Of a stretch of DNA of 64,000 nt, positions 1 through 7,700 are shown piece by piece. The DNA is from Bdellovibrionota bacterium. GTDB lineage: Bacteria; Bdellovibrionota_C; UBA2361; JBGSMV01. A program made the position numbers and the translations under genes. The stretch covers positions 83,801-147,800 of the forward strand of contig JBIKWF010000001.1 in the NCBI GenBank assembly GCA_044356455.1, given 5' to 3'. How positions within the stretch are numbered: position 1 is the first letter of the stretch; every line of letters starts with the position of its first letter. The notes beneath the pieces were generated by a model. The model ran no database searches. It was not told the origin of the DNA and saw nothing but the letters and a program-made list of their open reading frames with translations.

Positions 1-65
1 GTGCAGAAATACCGGCCGATATGCGCGAGGCCTTGGATGCCTTTAGGAAGTTTAAACTGCCATAG
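1..65 (+). CDS. 3' end of a probable RluA-family pseudouridine synthase (RluD), partial
   Basis: Frame from nt 3 reads AEIPADMREALDAFRKFKLP*, resembling the RluD C-terminus (P.P.DM..L); it lies directly upstream of pgeF/yfiH, the usual rluD-yfiH order. Confidence 0.5.
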   Translation, partial: AEIPADMREALDAFRKFKLP

Positions 66-74
66 CGAGCGTGC

Positions 75-860
75 ATGTCTTCCGAGGTTGAAATATTCTC
101 TTGGGTGAACTTCGGGCAGCATAAGGCCTTAGTCTTTCGGCCCTGGTGGGAGCAAGGCTTTTCGCATGGATTTCTTGGCGCGAGTTTGCGCTTTGACAGC
201 GAGAGTATGCCGAGGGATGCACGCGAGATTTGCCGCGTCGTAGGCGCTGATTCGCTCTCGCTCGCTCATCAAGTGCACGGAACGGCCATCATAGAGGGGT
301 CTGACTTGCCGGCTCCTGGCGCTTTGGATTGCCCTCAGAATCTTGGGGAAGGAGATGGTATTGTTTTCTTGAGGCCCAATGAGCCAAAGGCTTCTTTTCG
401 GGTGTACGGAATTAGAACCGCCGATTGTCTTCCGCTCATTATGAAATCAGGCTGCTACTTTGCACTTGTGCATGCAGGGTGGCGAGGGCTGAGCGCAGGC
501 ATAGTCCAGGGAGCGTTAAATAGGCTTGGGGCCCTCTCGGGCGTGACGACGGGCATAGAGGTCGTGATAGGTCCTGCCGCGAGTGGTGCTCGTTACGAGG
601 TGGGGAGCGAGGTGCTTTCGGCCTTCGAAGGGGCAGTCTCGCGCCCCGTGGGAGAAGGGAAATTTCTGCTTGATCTTGCGGCTACGTGCCGGCGGTATGC
701 TGAGAGCCTTGGGGCCAAGGTCGCGTCCTGCGAACAATGCACCATTTCCAATACCTTCTGGCATTCCTATCGTCGTGATGGCGCTCTTGCGGGTCGGAAT
801 TTAACCTTTGTCTCAACCTCACAAGCCAAGGAACCTCTGAAATACTTCCATTCTCAATAA
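75..860 (+). CDS. pgeF: Polyphenol oxidase / purine nucleoside phosphorylase YfiH (PgeF) family
   Basis: Motifs HQVHG, RTADCLP, VHAGWRG, IGP, YEVG, CT...SYRR. Confidence 0.9.
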   Translation: MSSEVEIFSWVNFGQHKALVFRPWWEQGFSHGFLGASLRFDSESMPRDAREICRVVGADSLSLAHQVHGTAIIEGSDLPAPGALDCPQNLGEGDGIVFLRPNEPKASFRVYGIRTADCLPLIMKSGCYFALVHAGWRGLSAGIVQGALNRLGALSGVTTGIEVVIGPAASGARYEVGSEVLSAFEGAVSRPVGEGKFLLDLAATCRRYAESLGAKVASCEQCTISNTFWHSYRRDGALAGRNLTFVSTSQAKEPLKYFHSQ

Positions 861-949
861 ATCTCTGTGTATCTCTGTGTCCTCTGTGGTGAAATTTTCA
901 CGAAAAAATTCAACACAGAGGTACACAGAGGAGAGTCTTCGGAGGTTCC
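830..949. mobile_element. IS5-like MITE, copy 1, containing a 9-nt-period CTCTGTG/CACAGAG hairpin
   Basis: TIRs GGAACCTCTGAA (830-841) and TTCGGAGGTTCC (938-949), CAA on both flanks; same layout at 60856-60984. Confidence 0.6.
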
Positions 950-1173
950 CAAGTTAGCGAGCCGAACGTCCATTCTGTGGAAAACTCCTGCGAAAAATCT
1001 TTATCGAAGCAATACAAGGCTTCTGCGTTACTTCGGGTGAGAAAGTTCAGAATTTAGTGGACAATTTATTTCACCAATCTATATCTTGAATAAAGGCACT
1101 CTAGCCTGCGTCAATTGCGAGTTCGTTTAGCTCTTTACTAACTAGGAGATACTAAGTGGGGGAGAGAAACTGA

Positions 1174-1410
1174 ATGGAGAGCAAAGATCGTCAACGAATT
1201 CTAGGTGCGCTTCATACCAATTCCCAATTGAAGCGCCTTTACCGAGAGCATGAAAATCTGGAGCTCGCCTTGGAGCGTTATTCGCGGCGAGGTTTTCTCA
1301 CGGACGAGGAGCAGGCGGAAGAAGCCCGCCTTAAGAGATTAAAACTGAAAGGAGTCGACCGCATGATGGCGCTCCTTTCAGAAGGTGCGGTGGCTGCAGA
1401 AGCGCATTAA
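1174..1410 (+). CDS. Small coiled-coil protein, DUF465/YdcH-like
   Basis: 78 aa with L..EH..LE...L....LT.EE..E...LK.LKL...D.M pattern; GGGGAG RBS. Confidence 0.7.
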   Translation: MESKDRQRILGALHTNSQLKRLYREHENLELALERYSRRGFLTDEEQAEEARLKRLKLKGVDRMMALLSEGAVAAEAH

Positions 1411-1431
1411 TGGTTTTTTTATTTGCGCGTA

Positions 1432-1576
1432 GCCTTATATCGACTGTCAGGTCTTTCCTGGCAGCACCTCACGAACAGATCACTCTGGGTGGGGCCAGCA
1501 TGGGATCGCTAGGTATCGTCCTAGGTTTCCTTGGGGACCCTCTAGGTGAATAAACTGAGCCGGTCGGCTCGTAGGC
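1432..1576 (+). ncRNA. Putative structured non-coding RNA, long irregular rod (6S-like candidate)
   Basis: Nested pairings GCCT/AGGC, TCGACTG/CGGTCGG, TCAG/CTGA, CACCT/AGGTG and an apical CTAGG-TATCGT-CCTAG; immediately followed by an intrinsic terminator. Confidence 0.35.
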
Positions 1577-1582
1577 AAAAGA

Positions 1583-1614
1583 GAAAGCCACCCTTCGGGG
1601 TGGCTTTCGTTTTT
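1583..1614 (+). terminator. Intrinsic terminator
   Basis: GAAAGCCACCC-TTCG-GGGTGGCTTTC perfect 11-bp stem followed by GTTTTT. Confidence 0.85.
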
Positions 1615-1626
1615 ATGCGCTCGGCG

Positions 1627-1787
1627 CTCCGGCCCAGGGTGCGCTGCCCCCTCTCGCCCTGGCCGGGCGTTCACCCCCAAGAGTATGCGCTCGGCAGTTC
1701 ATCGCGGCGCAGCGTTAGCGGAGCCGGACTCCGGCCCAGGAGGCTCTGCCCCCTCCCGCCCTAATCGGGCGTTCACCCCCGAAGTTA
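1627..1787. repeat. Two direct copies of a ~55-bp GC-rich REP-like unit
   Basis: CTCCGGCCCAGG-N5-CTGCCCCCTC-N-CGCCCT-N3-CGGGCGTTCACCCCC at 1627 and 1729; partial third copy near 1808. Confidence 0.75.
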
Positions 1788-1829
1788 TTTTTGCAATCGG
1801 CAGTTTAGCCCAGGGGGCGCTGTCCACTT

Positions 1830-2520
1830 TTTCGCAATTCGGTCGGAAAAAATGCATGCCACGTGCCAGGGCGAGAGATCTTGCGGCACCGCGGGGACGC
1901 GGCGCCCTACCAAGATGCCGCACCCCAGGTAGGGCGCGCCGTTCCGCCTCTGCCAGTAGGCGACGGCGCGACGCGCGCCCCAGGGTGCCGCAACAAATGC
2001 CACGGGGCATCCGCGGATGATAGCAATTTCGCAATTAGGTCGGTGGACAAATATATGCCAGGTGCCGGGACGTGAGATCGTGCGGCACCGCGGGGACGCG
2101 GCGCCCTACCAAGATGCTGCACGCTAGGTAGGGCGCGCCGTTCCGCCTCTGCCAGTAGGCGACGGCGCGACGCGCGCCCCGGCGTGCCGCAACAAATGCC
2201 ACGGGGCATCCGCGGATGATGGCAATTTCGCAATTAGGTCGGTGGACAAATACATGCCACGTGTCGGGACGTGAGATCATGCGGCACCGCGGGGACGCGG
2301 TGCCCTACCAAGATGCTGCACGCTAGGTAGGGCGCGCCGTTCCGCCTCTGCCAGTAGGCGACGGCGCGACGCGCGCCCCGGCGTGCCGCAACAAATGCCA
2401 CGGGGCATCCGCGGATGATGGCAATTTCGCAATTAGGTCGGTGGACAAATATATGCCACGTGCCGGGACGTGAGATCATGCGGCACCGCGGGGACGCGGC
2501 GCCCTACCCAGATGCCGCGC
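1830..2520. repeat. Tandem array of ~3.5 near-identical 199-bp units built from GTAG-led REP-like palindromes (BIME/REPIN-like)
   Basis: GCGGCACCGCGGGGACGCGG recurs at 1883, 2082, 2281 and 2480 (period exactly 199). Confidence 0.9.
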
Positions 2521-2537
2521 CACTACCCCTTTGGGGC

Positions 2538-2570
2538 AAAAAAAAAGGACCGCACGAGGCGGTCCTTTTT
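2538..2570. terminator. Bidirectional intrinsic terminator
   Basis: A9-GGACCGC-ACGAG-GCGGTCC-T5, 20 nt past the stop of the minus-strand gene. Confidence 0.8.
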
Positions 2571-2589
2571 AGCTATGCGATGCGTTCAA

Positions 2590-2955
2590 TTACGCCGCTC
2601 TGCGGCGCGTCGAAATTCGATGCGTTGCATTCATAATGGCATAGCGCGTTTTTTCAGGATCGAAACCCAGGTGCCGACAAATCGCGCGGAAGGAGAAGAC
2701 ATACTCCTCTTCTTCGTCATGCATGTATTCAATCGCTTCTTGGAGAAATTCTCCGCCCGAGTGAAAATCTTCTACGGTGCGAAGGATGATCGCACGCATA
2801 AGCTCGTTGATAGGATTGTAGCCATTGCCGCCGTGGAAGGCCATGTCCATGGTAGGAAGAGAATCACTTCTGCTCACAGGGGACCCCGCTGACTCGTTCA
2901 TCGCGTGAAACCTTTTTGAAAACCCGTGAGCCCTCTCAACATTCGCTGACCACAT
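2590..2955 (-). CDS. Small hypothetical protein (true start may be the internal MNESAG Met)
   Basis: Ordered helical core NELMRAIILRTVEDF...A.EY......FSF..IC.HLGFDP...R; has its own terminator. Confidence 0.65.
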   Translation of the reverse strand: MWSANVERAHGFSKRFHAMNESAGSPVSRSDSLPTMDMAFHGGNGYNPINELMRAIILRTVEDFHSGGEFLQEAIEYMHDEEEEYVFSFRAICRHLGFDPEKTRYAIMNATHRISTRRRAA

Positions 2956-3331
2956 GGCCAGAGGACGAGAGGTGATTGCGCACCAAAAAAAACAAGCGCT
3001 AAAAGGATAAAATAGGACACCTCTAGCGCGGCTCGTGTAAGAAGCCTCTCATTGCCGGTCACAACCGCCCCAGCAATCAGAACTCACTGAGCGTTATGTC
3101 AGGACCTGTGCGGGGTGTTGCATATTCGTAGGTAGGCTAGTCAACTTTCTTAGATTGCTAATTCTTGAGTGGTGTTAGGTGCTTAGGTGTGACTTGCCGA
3201 TTTTTTGTGAAAGTTTATTTGAATTTAGGGCAACTATTTGAGGGCGCCTAGGCGCAAACTGGGCGAAATCCAGTACTTTTCTTGAGAACGCCGAAATCCC
3301 AGTGCCGAATTTTCTAGGCAGCTCGTGAGGC

Positions 3332-4366
3332 CTACTTTACGCGCTCAAGGACATACTCCATCAGGGCATGCAGGACTTTTTGGGGGCCTTTTTCAAAAGG
3401 CTTCGTGCAGGCTGCTTCTGCAGAGTTCAGGGCTTCGTCTGCTCCGGCAACAAACCTTTGGGCAAGTTCCCGAGCTTCCCGAATCACGGATCCGCTTCTC
3501 AGTTCCTTAAGGCTGGCAGCTACCCACGCCTCCTCCTGCTCAAGCTCCACTGCCGTAGCGGTTTCAGTCTGAAGGGCGGGCGTGCGGAGCCGCGCGGCTC
3601 CTGGGGATCCTGACGCGAGCCACAAGACATTTACAATCGAGGGCTTTCGCTCGCGGAGGTCCTGGCCATTCTTCTTGCCAAGGACTTCTTCGTTTGAAGT
3701 TACGTCAAGTACATCGTCGAGAATTTGAAAGGCGATGCCAAGTTTTTCACCGAAGTCACCAAGATGGCGAGTAGCCAAATCTCCCGCGGCGGCGATATGA
3801 GAGGCGGTTTCGCCCGCAAGCCGAAAGAGCGCGGCGGTCTTTTTCTTAGCAATGGTGAGGCTTGTTTCGAGTGTATGAGCTTGCTTGGCCAAGCTTACCT
3901 CGAGAATTTCCCCCTCGGTAAGTGCGACGCAGGCTTCTTCGGTGCGTTCAATTACGTACCTGTCGAGCCTGGCACACAAGCCAAACGCGCGAGTAAGCAG
4001 GAAATCACCTGCCAGTAAGGTATTTTCAGAGCCAAATGCAACGAGAGGAGAAGCCTTGTGCCTTCTTAAGGGGGATTTATCTATGATGTCATCATGGAGA
4101 AGAGTCGCCATGTGAATGAGTTCTATTCCTGCAGCAATATCGATAAGCTGACGTCCTTCTTTCGTCTCTTCAAACGGGGCGTTTAGGCCGCAAAGCTGTC
4201 CGCACAAAATAGCGAGCATGGGGCGAATGCGTTTTCCGCCCAGGGATAGTAGGTAGGTGCTAATCTCTTTAAGCAGGGGAGCGTCTGAAGCAAACCGCGA
4301 CTCGATAAGAGCCTCTATGCTTGAGAGTCCGGGGAGTTTTCCAAGTAGACTAAGTGCCGCGCTCAT
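3332..4366 (-). CDS. Polyprenyl diphosphate synthase (IspB/HepT-like)
   Basis: GGKRIRP, ELIHMATLLHDDIID, LAGDFL, KKT and FQILDD motifs. Confidence 0.95.
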   Translation of the reverse strand: MSAALSLLGKLPGLSSIEALIESRFASDAPLLKEISTYLLSLGGKRIRPMLAILCGQLCGLNAPFEETKEGRQLIDIAAGIELIHMATLLHDDIIDKSPLRRHKASPLVAFGSENTLLAGDFLLTRAFGLCARLDRYVIERTEEACVALTEGEILEVSLAKQAHTLETSLTIAKKKTAALFRLAGETASHIAAAGDLATRHLGDFGEKLGIAFQILDDVLDVTSNEEVLGKKNGQDLRERKPSIVNVLWLASGSPGAARLRTPALQTETATAVELEQEEAWVAASLKELRSGSVIREARELAQRFVAGADEALNSAEAACTKPFEKGPQKVLHALMEYVLERVK

Positions 4367-4385
4367 AGCAAAAAAACTCGCCTAG

Positions 4386-4572
4386 GAGTGTGTCCCGTAA
4401 AAACTCGAATCTGCATTTTGGACACAAGCCGCAAGTAGGTTGTCGCGCAAGCACCGCCACATGTTGTGGCCTGAGTGAGTTAGACCCACACAGTGAATTA
4501 GGACCACCAGATAGCTGGATACCTAACTAGGTAATTGTGCCTAAAATGAACATTACCTTTACGGGATACCTC
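4386..4572. mobile_element. Possible degenerate MITE with IS5-family-like ends
   Basis: GAGTGTGTCCCGTAAA (4386-4401) inverted to TTTACGGGATACCTC (4558-4572); no ORF inside. Confidence 0.4.
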
Positions 4573-4594
4573 CAGAGTGGCAACACAGTTACAA

Positions 4595-4672
4595 TGGCGT
4601 CCCCAAGGGGATTCGAACCCCTGTTACCTCCGTGAAAGGGAGGTGTCCTAGACCGGGCTAGACGATGGGGAC
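4595..4672 (-). tRNA. tRNA-Glu (TTC)
   Basis: Reverse complement folds as a cloverleaf: GTCCCCA/TGGGGAC acceptor, CCTCC-CTTTCAC-GGAGG anticodon arm, GGTTCGAATCC T-arm, encoded CCA. Confidence 0.97.
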
Positions 4673-4817
4673 GCACGCTATAACTAGTAACCCCCTTAAA
4701 GAACACGAGCGTCTTTACTCAGACAACGGGCCCCCAGAGGTTGAGGGCAGGAGCATATGCGATAGGTTCGCCCGAGGCAACGGATGGGAGAGGAAAATTA
4801 ACATCAAATGCGGGGCT

Positions 4818-4867
4818 TTAGCCTGGTTTGCTCACGGCCCTTCCGGGCCGAGAGCAAACCAGGCTAA
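4818..4867. repeat. Long inverted repeat
   Basis: TTAGCCTGGTTTGCTC/GAGCAAACCAGGCTAA, 16 bp perfect, enclosing CGGCCC-TTCC-GGGCCG. Confidence 0.8.
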
Positions 4868-4938
4868 CTAACGCCCGGAAGGCGTTAGCAAATTTTGACC
4901 ATCGGGAGCATCGCGCTATTGGCGCGTAGAGACGCGAC

Positions 4939-5064
4939 GGAGCGCATCGGAGGGCGACGCCGTGCTCGCGGCGCTCGCAGGTGCGCGATGTTGGAAATCG
5001 GCCCGGATGGCCGATTTCCAACAGTAATCTCACGGACCCGAAGGGATCCCGTGAGATATAACGG
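4939..5064. repeat. Dispersed three-hairpin element, copy 1
   Basis: Aligns along its whole length with 25428-25553; last hairpin also at 61510-61547. Confidence 0.85.
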
Positions 5065-5134
5065 TTAGAGGGTTATAAGTAGTAATCTGACCGCCCCGAC
5101 TCACTAAACGGGGGGGGGCTTTTGAAATCTTGGC

Positions 5135-6322
5135 ATGAGTTTTAAGCACGTACCATTTTCGGCATTAGAGCGCTGGTCGGCCCTGGCAGGACTTGACCTT
5201 TGTGCAGTTCAGAGCCCGGTCGTTACCCTAAGCGAGGATATCGCTAGGCTGACGTCTTGGCAGGCGGCCGGGCGGGCGGGTGAGCTTTCATATATGTTGC
5301 GCGATGGGGACCTTCTTGGCGTGCCTCTTAAGCTTCTCCCGAGTGCGCGTAGCCTTGTGTCCTTCGCGGTCTTCTATGATCGAGGGCCAGGAGCCTCCGG
5401 GCCACTTCCGAAGGGCTTTGGTAGGGTGGCTCGCTATGCCTGGGGGCGGGACTACCATAAGGTCCTTAAAAAAGCGCTCAGGCGGTTTGTAGAAGCTGCG
5501 GAGAGGGAACTTGGCCGGACGATTGAGGCGCGAGTTTTCTCGGACGCAGTGCCACTTTTAGAGCGTGCCGCAGCGAGAGCCTCTGGCCTCGGTTTCGTGG
5601 GGAAAAATACCATGCTGATTCGCTCTGGGGGGCTTGGTTCCTTTTTCTTTATTGCAGAAGTTCTTTGGGATCTTGCAGTAGAGCCAATGCCCGAGGGCCA
5701 GCGCAGCGAGGGCGGTTGCGGGGCGTGTTCGCGTTGCTTGACTTCCTGCCCCACGGGGGCCTTTGTAGAGCCTTACGTGCTCGACGCTCGGCGTTGTTTA
5801 TCATACCTGACGATAGAAAAGCGTTCTTCCCTTTCCCTAGGTGAGCGCAAGGCACTTGGGGAATGGTTGTTTGGCTGTGATATCTGTCAGGACGTGTGCC
5901 CCTTTAATGCCCATGCCTTAAAACAAGAGGCCGCGCCAAGTATTCCTGAACTGTGTCAGGAAGAGGGAGTGGGGCCGGTGATAAATCTCGCGCAGGTCTT
6001 AAAATTGAGAACAGATGCGCAGTTCCGCTCACGCTTTGAAGGGACTGCGCTTATGCGTGCGACGCGCCCCGGACTTCTTAGGAACGCCGCAGTCGTAAGC
6101 GCGAATACGCAGTCCGAATCGACGAGTGAGGCTCTTCGTGAGGCCCTGTCTGATTCTTCTGATTTGGTGAGGAGTCACGCCCTCTGGGCAATTCTCACCC
6201 TTGGAGAGAATTGTAATGCTTTGCCCAAATCTGTAATGCGAGAAATACTAAGCCATGCGGAGCGAGACCCCTCGGAAATAGTGAGGGAGGAGGCGCGCCT
6301 TTGGAGTCAGGTGCACGAATGA
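5135..6322 (+). CDS. queG: tRNA epoxyqueuosine(34) reductase
   Basis: ARYAWGRDYH, D..P.LER..A..SGLG..GKN, CG.C.RC...CPT, RCLSY.TIE, GCDICQDVCP; C-terminal HEAT-like helices. Confidence 0.95.
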   Translation: MSFKHVPFSALERWSALAGLDLCAVQSPVVTLSEDIARLTSWQAAGRAGELSYMLRDGDLLGVPLKLLPSARSLVSFAVFYDRGPGASGPLPKGFGRVARYAWGRDYHKVLKKALRRFVEAAERELGRTIEARVFSDAVPLLERAAARASGLGFVGKNTMLIRSGGLGSFFFIAEVLWDLAVEPMPEGQRSEGGCGACSRCLTSCPTGAFVEPYVLDARRCLSYLTIEKRSSLSLGERKALGEWLFGCDICQDVCPFNAHALKQEAAPSIPELCQEEGVGPVINLAQVLKLRTDAQFRSRFEGTALMRATRPGLLRNAAVVSANTQSESTSEALREALSDSSDLVRSHALWAILTLGENCNALPKSVMREILSHAERDPSEIVREEARLWSQVHE

Positions 6323-6957
6323 AAATGAAGAAGATGGTAGCTCAGGCTACGTTAAAGAGCCTTAGGGTAGGGCGTTGTGCGGCAAGTATCATGCTGCTCG
6401 GTTTTCTCGTGAGCTGCGCACCAGGACTTGGGACATCGTTCAATGTTTCCAGCGTTGAGACGGTCCCGGTGGAGTCGCGAAAACTTCTTACCGGGCTACG
6501 TGTAAGATTTGCTCCCTTCGTCGACGAGCGCCGCGAGAAAGAGGTTGCCGAGATTGATGGACGAGGTCTTGAGCCAGAGCGCGATCCGGCCGCAGCGGCT
6601 CAAAGAATTGTGGAAGCACAGTTTAGGGAAGCTGGAGTGAGGAGGGGGCTTTTTGAGGGCGCGACCATTCGCGGCACATTGCTTGAGTGGCATATTCGCA
6701 TTACCCCGGGGTTCCCAAGTACTAAAATGCATGCCTCGGCTAAGATTCGTTTAGAGGTGCTTGCGGTGGGGGAGGATCCTGCGCAGGCAAAGCCGCTCTA
6801 CAGCGCAAGATATTCAGGGATAATCGACGAAGAGCATCCTATTGGTTCTACTGAGCGTATAGAGCGCGCCTTTGCTCGGGCAATGGCTGAGGCAGCTTCG
6901 GAAGCATTGCAAGATTCACGCTTTGTGGCAGAACTACAGGGGCGTAGCCCGCAATGA
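6319..6957 (+). CDS. Putative lipoprotein (YajG-like)
   Basis: Hydrophobic signal with lipobox LVSC; FVDER motif; ATGA overlap with queG stop. Confidence 0.6.
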   Translation: MKMKKMVAQATLKSLRVGRCAASIMLLGFLVSCAPGLGTSFNVSSVETVPVESRKLLTGLRVRFAPFVDERREKEVAEIDGRGLEPERDPAAAAQRIVEAQFREAGVRRGLFEGATIRGTLLEWHIRITPGFPSTKMHASAKIRLEVLAVGEDPAQAKPLYSARYSGIIDEEHPIGSTERIERAFARAMAEAASEALQDSRFVAELQGRSPQ

Positions 6958-6968
6958 TTGTCTGAAAT

Positions 6969-7700
6969 ATGTCCCTCTCCGTTTTTCAAAAGTTCTTATC
7001 GAGAGTCCGAAAGCCGCGCGTGTGCGTGTATACCGCGCTCATGCAAGAGTATGACCGTTTGCACTTTCAGAAATTTCTCGGCGAAGTCCCGCTGCTGTGT
7101 TTTACGGACTCTGAAACTTTGCACTCTTCTCAATTCCAAGTGCAGAAAGTTTCTCGAACGCTCAGCGATTCAGTGAGAGAGGCGCGCCTTTATAAAGTCC
7201 TTGCGCATCAGGTGCTTCCTCCCTGCGACATTAGTATTTGGATGGATGCAAGCTTTGAGTTCCAATTGGAAAGAGACATTGCTACGTGGGCTGTGGAGTC
7301 ACTCCAGGGCCGAGCAATTGCAGTGCTTGAGCACCCGACCAATGATGATGTGTACTGCGAAGCCGAGCGCTGTCTCCAGACGAAGCGGGATCTTCCCGAG
7401 GTCTTAATTGACCAGGTAGCGCGCTATCGCAGCGAAGGGTTTCCTCCTGGCTCTGGGATGGTGGCAACAGGCATTATCGTTCGCGACCACCGCAAGCCTG
7501 GGAGTCTGCAATTCTGTGAGGCCTGGTGGAAGGAGATTCTCCAAGGAAGCCGGAGAGATCAGGTAAGTTTTAATTACGTAGCCTGGAAAACGGGAATCCC
7601 TTTCGCGCATATTGAAAAATTACAGGCCATAGATTGTTTTCGAACTTCATTTGGACAATTTCACGACCACCTTACTCAAGAGCCTCAATCGCGCCAATAG
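6969..7700 (+). CDS. DUF616 (TOD1/MUCI70-like) glycosyltransferase-domain protein
   Basis: VYTA...YD, CFTD, K.L.H, SIWMD, HP...VY.EA, RDQVSFNYVAWK. Confidence 0.8.
   Translation: MSLSVFQKFLSRVRKPRVCVYTALMQEYDRLHFQKFLGEVPLLCFTDSETLHSSQFQVQKVSRTLSDSVREARLYKVLAHQVLPPCDISIWMDASFEFQLERDIATWAVESLQGRAIAVLEHPTNDDVYCEAERCLQTKRDLPEVLIDQVARYRSEGFPPGSGMVATGIIVRDHRKPGSLQFCEAWWKEILQGSRRDQVSFNYVAWKTGIPFAHIEKLQAIDCFRTSFGQFHDHLTQEPQSRQ

Noticed and set aside
1830..2520. CRISPR array
   Set aside because: The units are near-identical over the full 199 bp with no unique spacers, and there are no cas genes in the window.
1480..2636. Many short overlapping ORFs on both strands
   Set aside because: They arise from GC-rich repeats, and the 199-bp period shifts the frame in each unit.
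3251..3276. c-di-GMP-I riboswitch-like GCAAAC...GAAA hairpin
   Set aside because: It lacks the following GACGCAAAGC segment and second stem, and no gene lies downstream on that strand.
4595..4672. tRNA-Glu as a prophage or island attachment site
   Set aside because: No integrase is present and I saw no direct repeat of the tRNA 3' end; a 10-nt match near 1529 is short and inverted.
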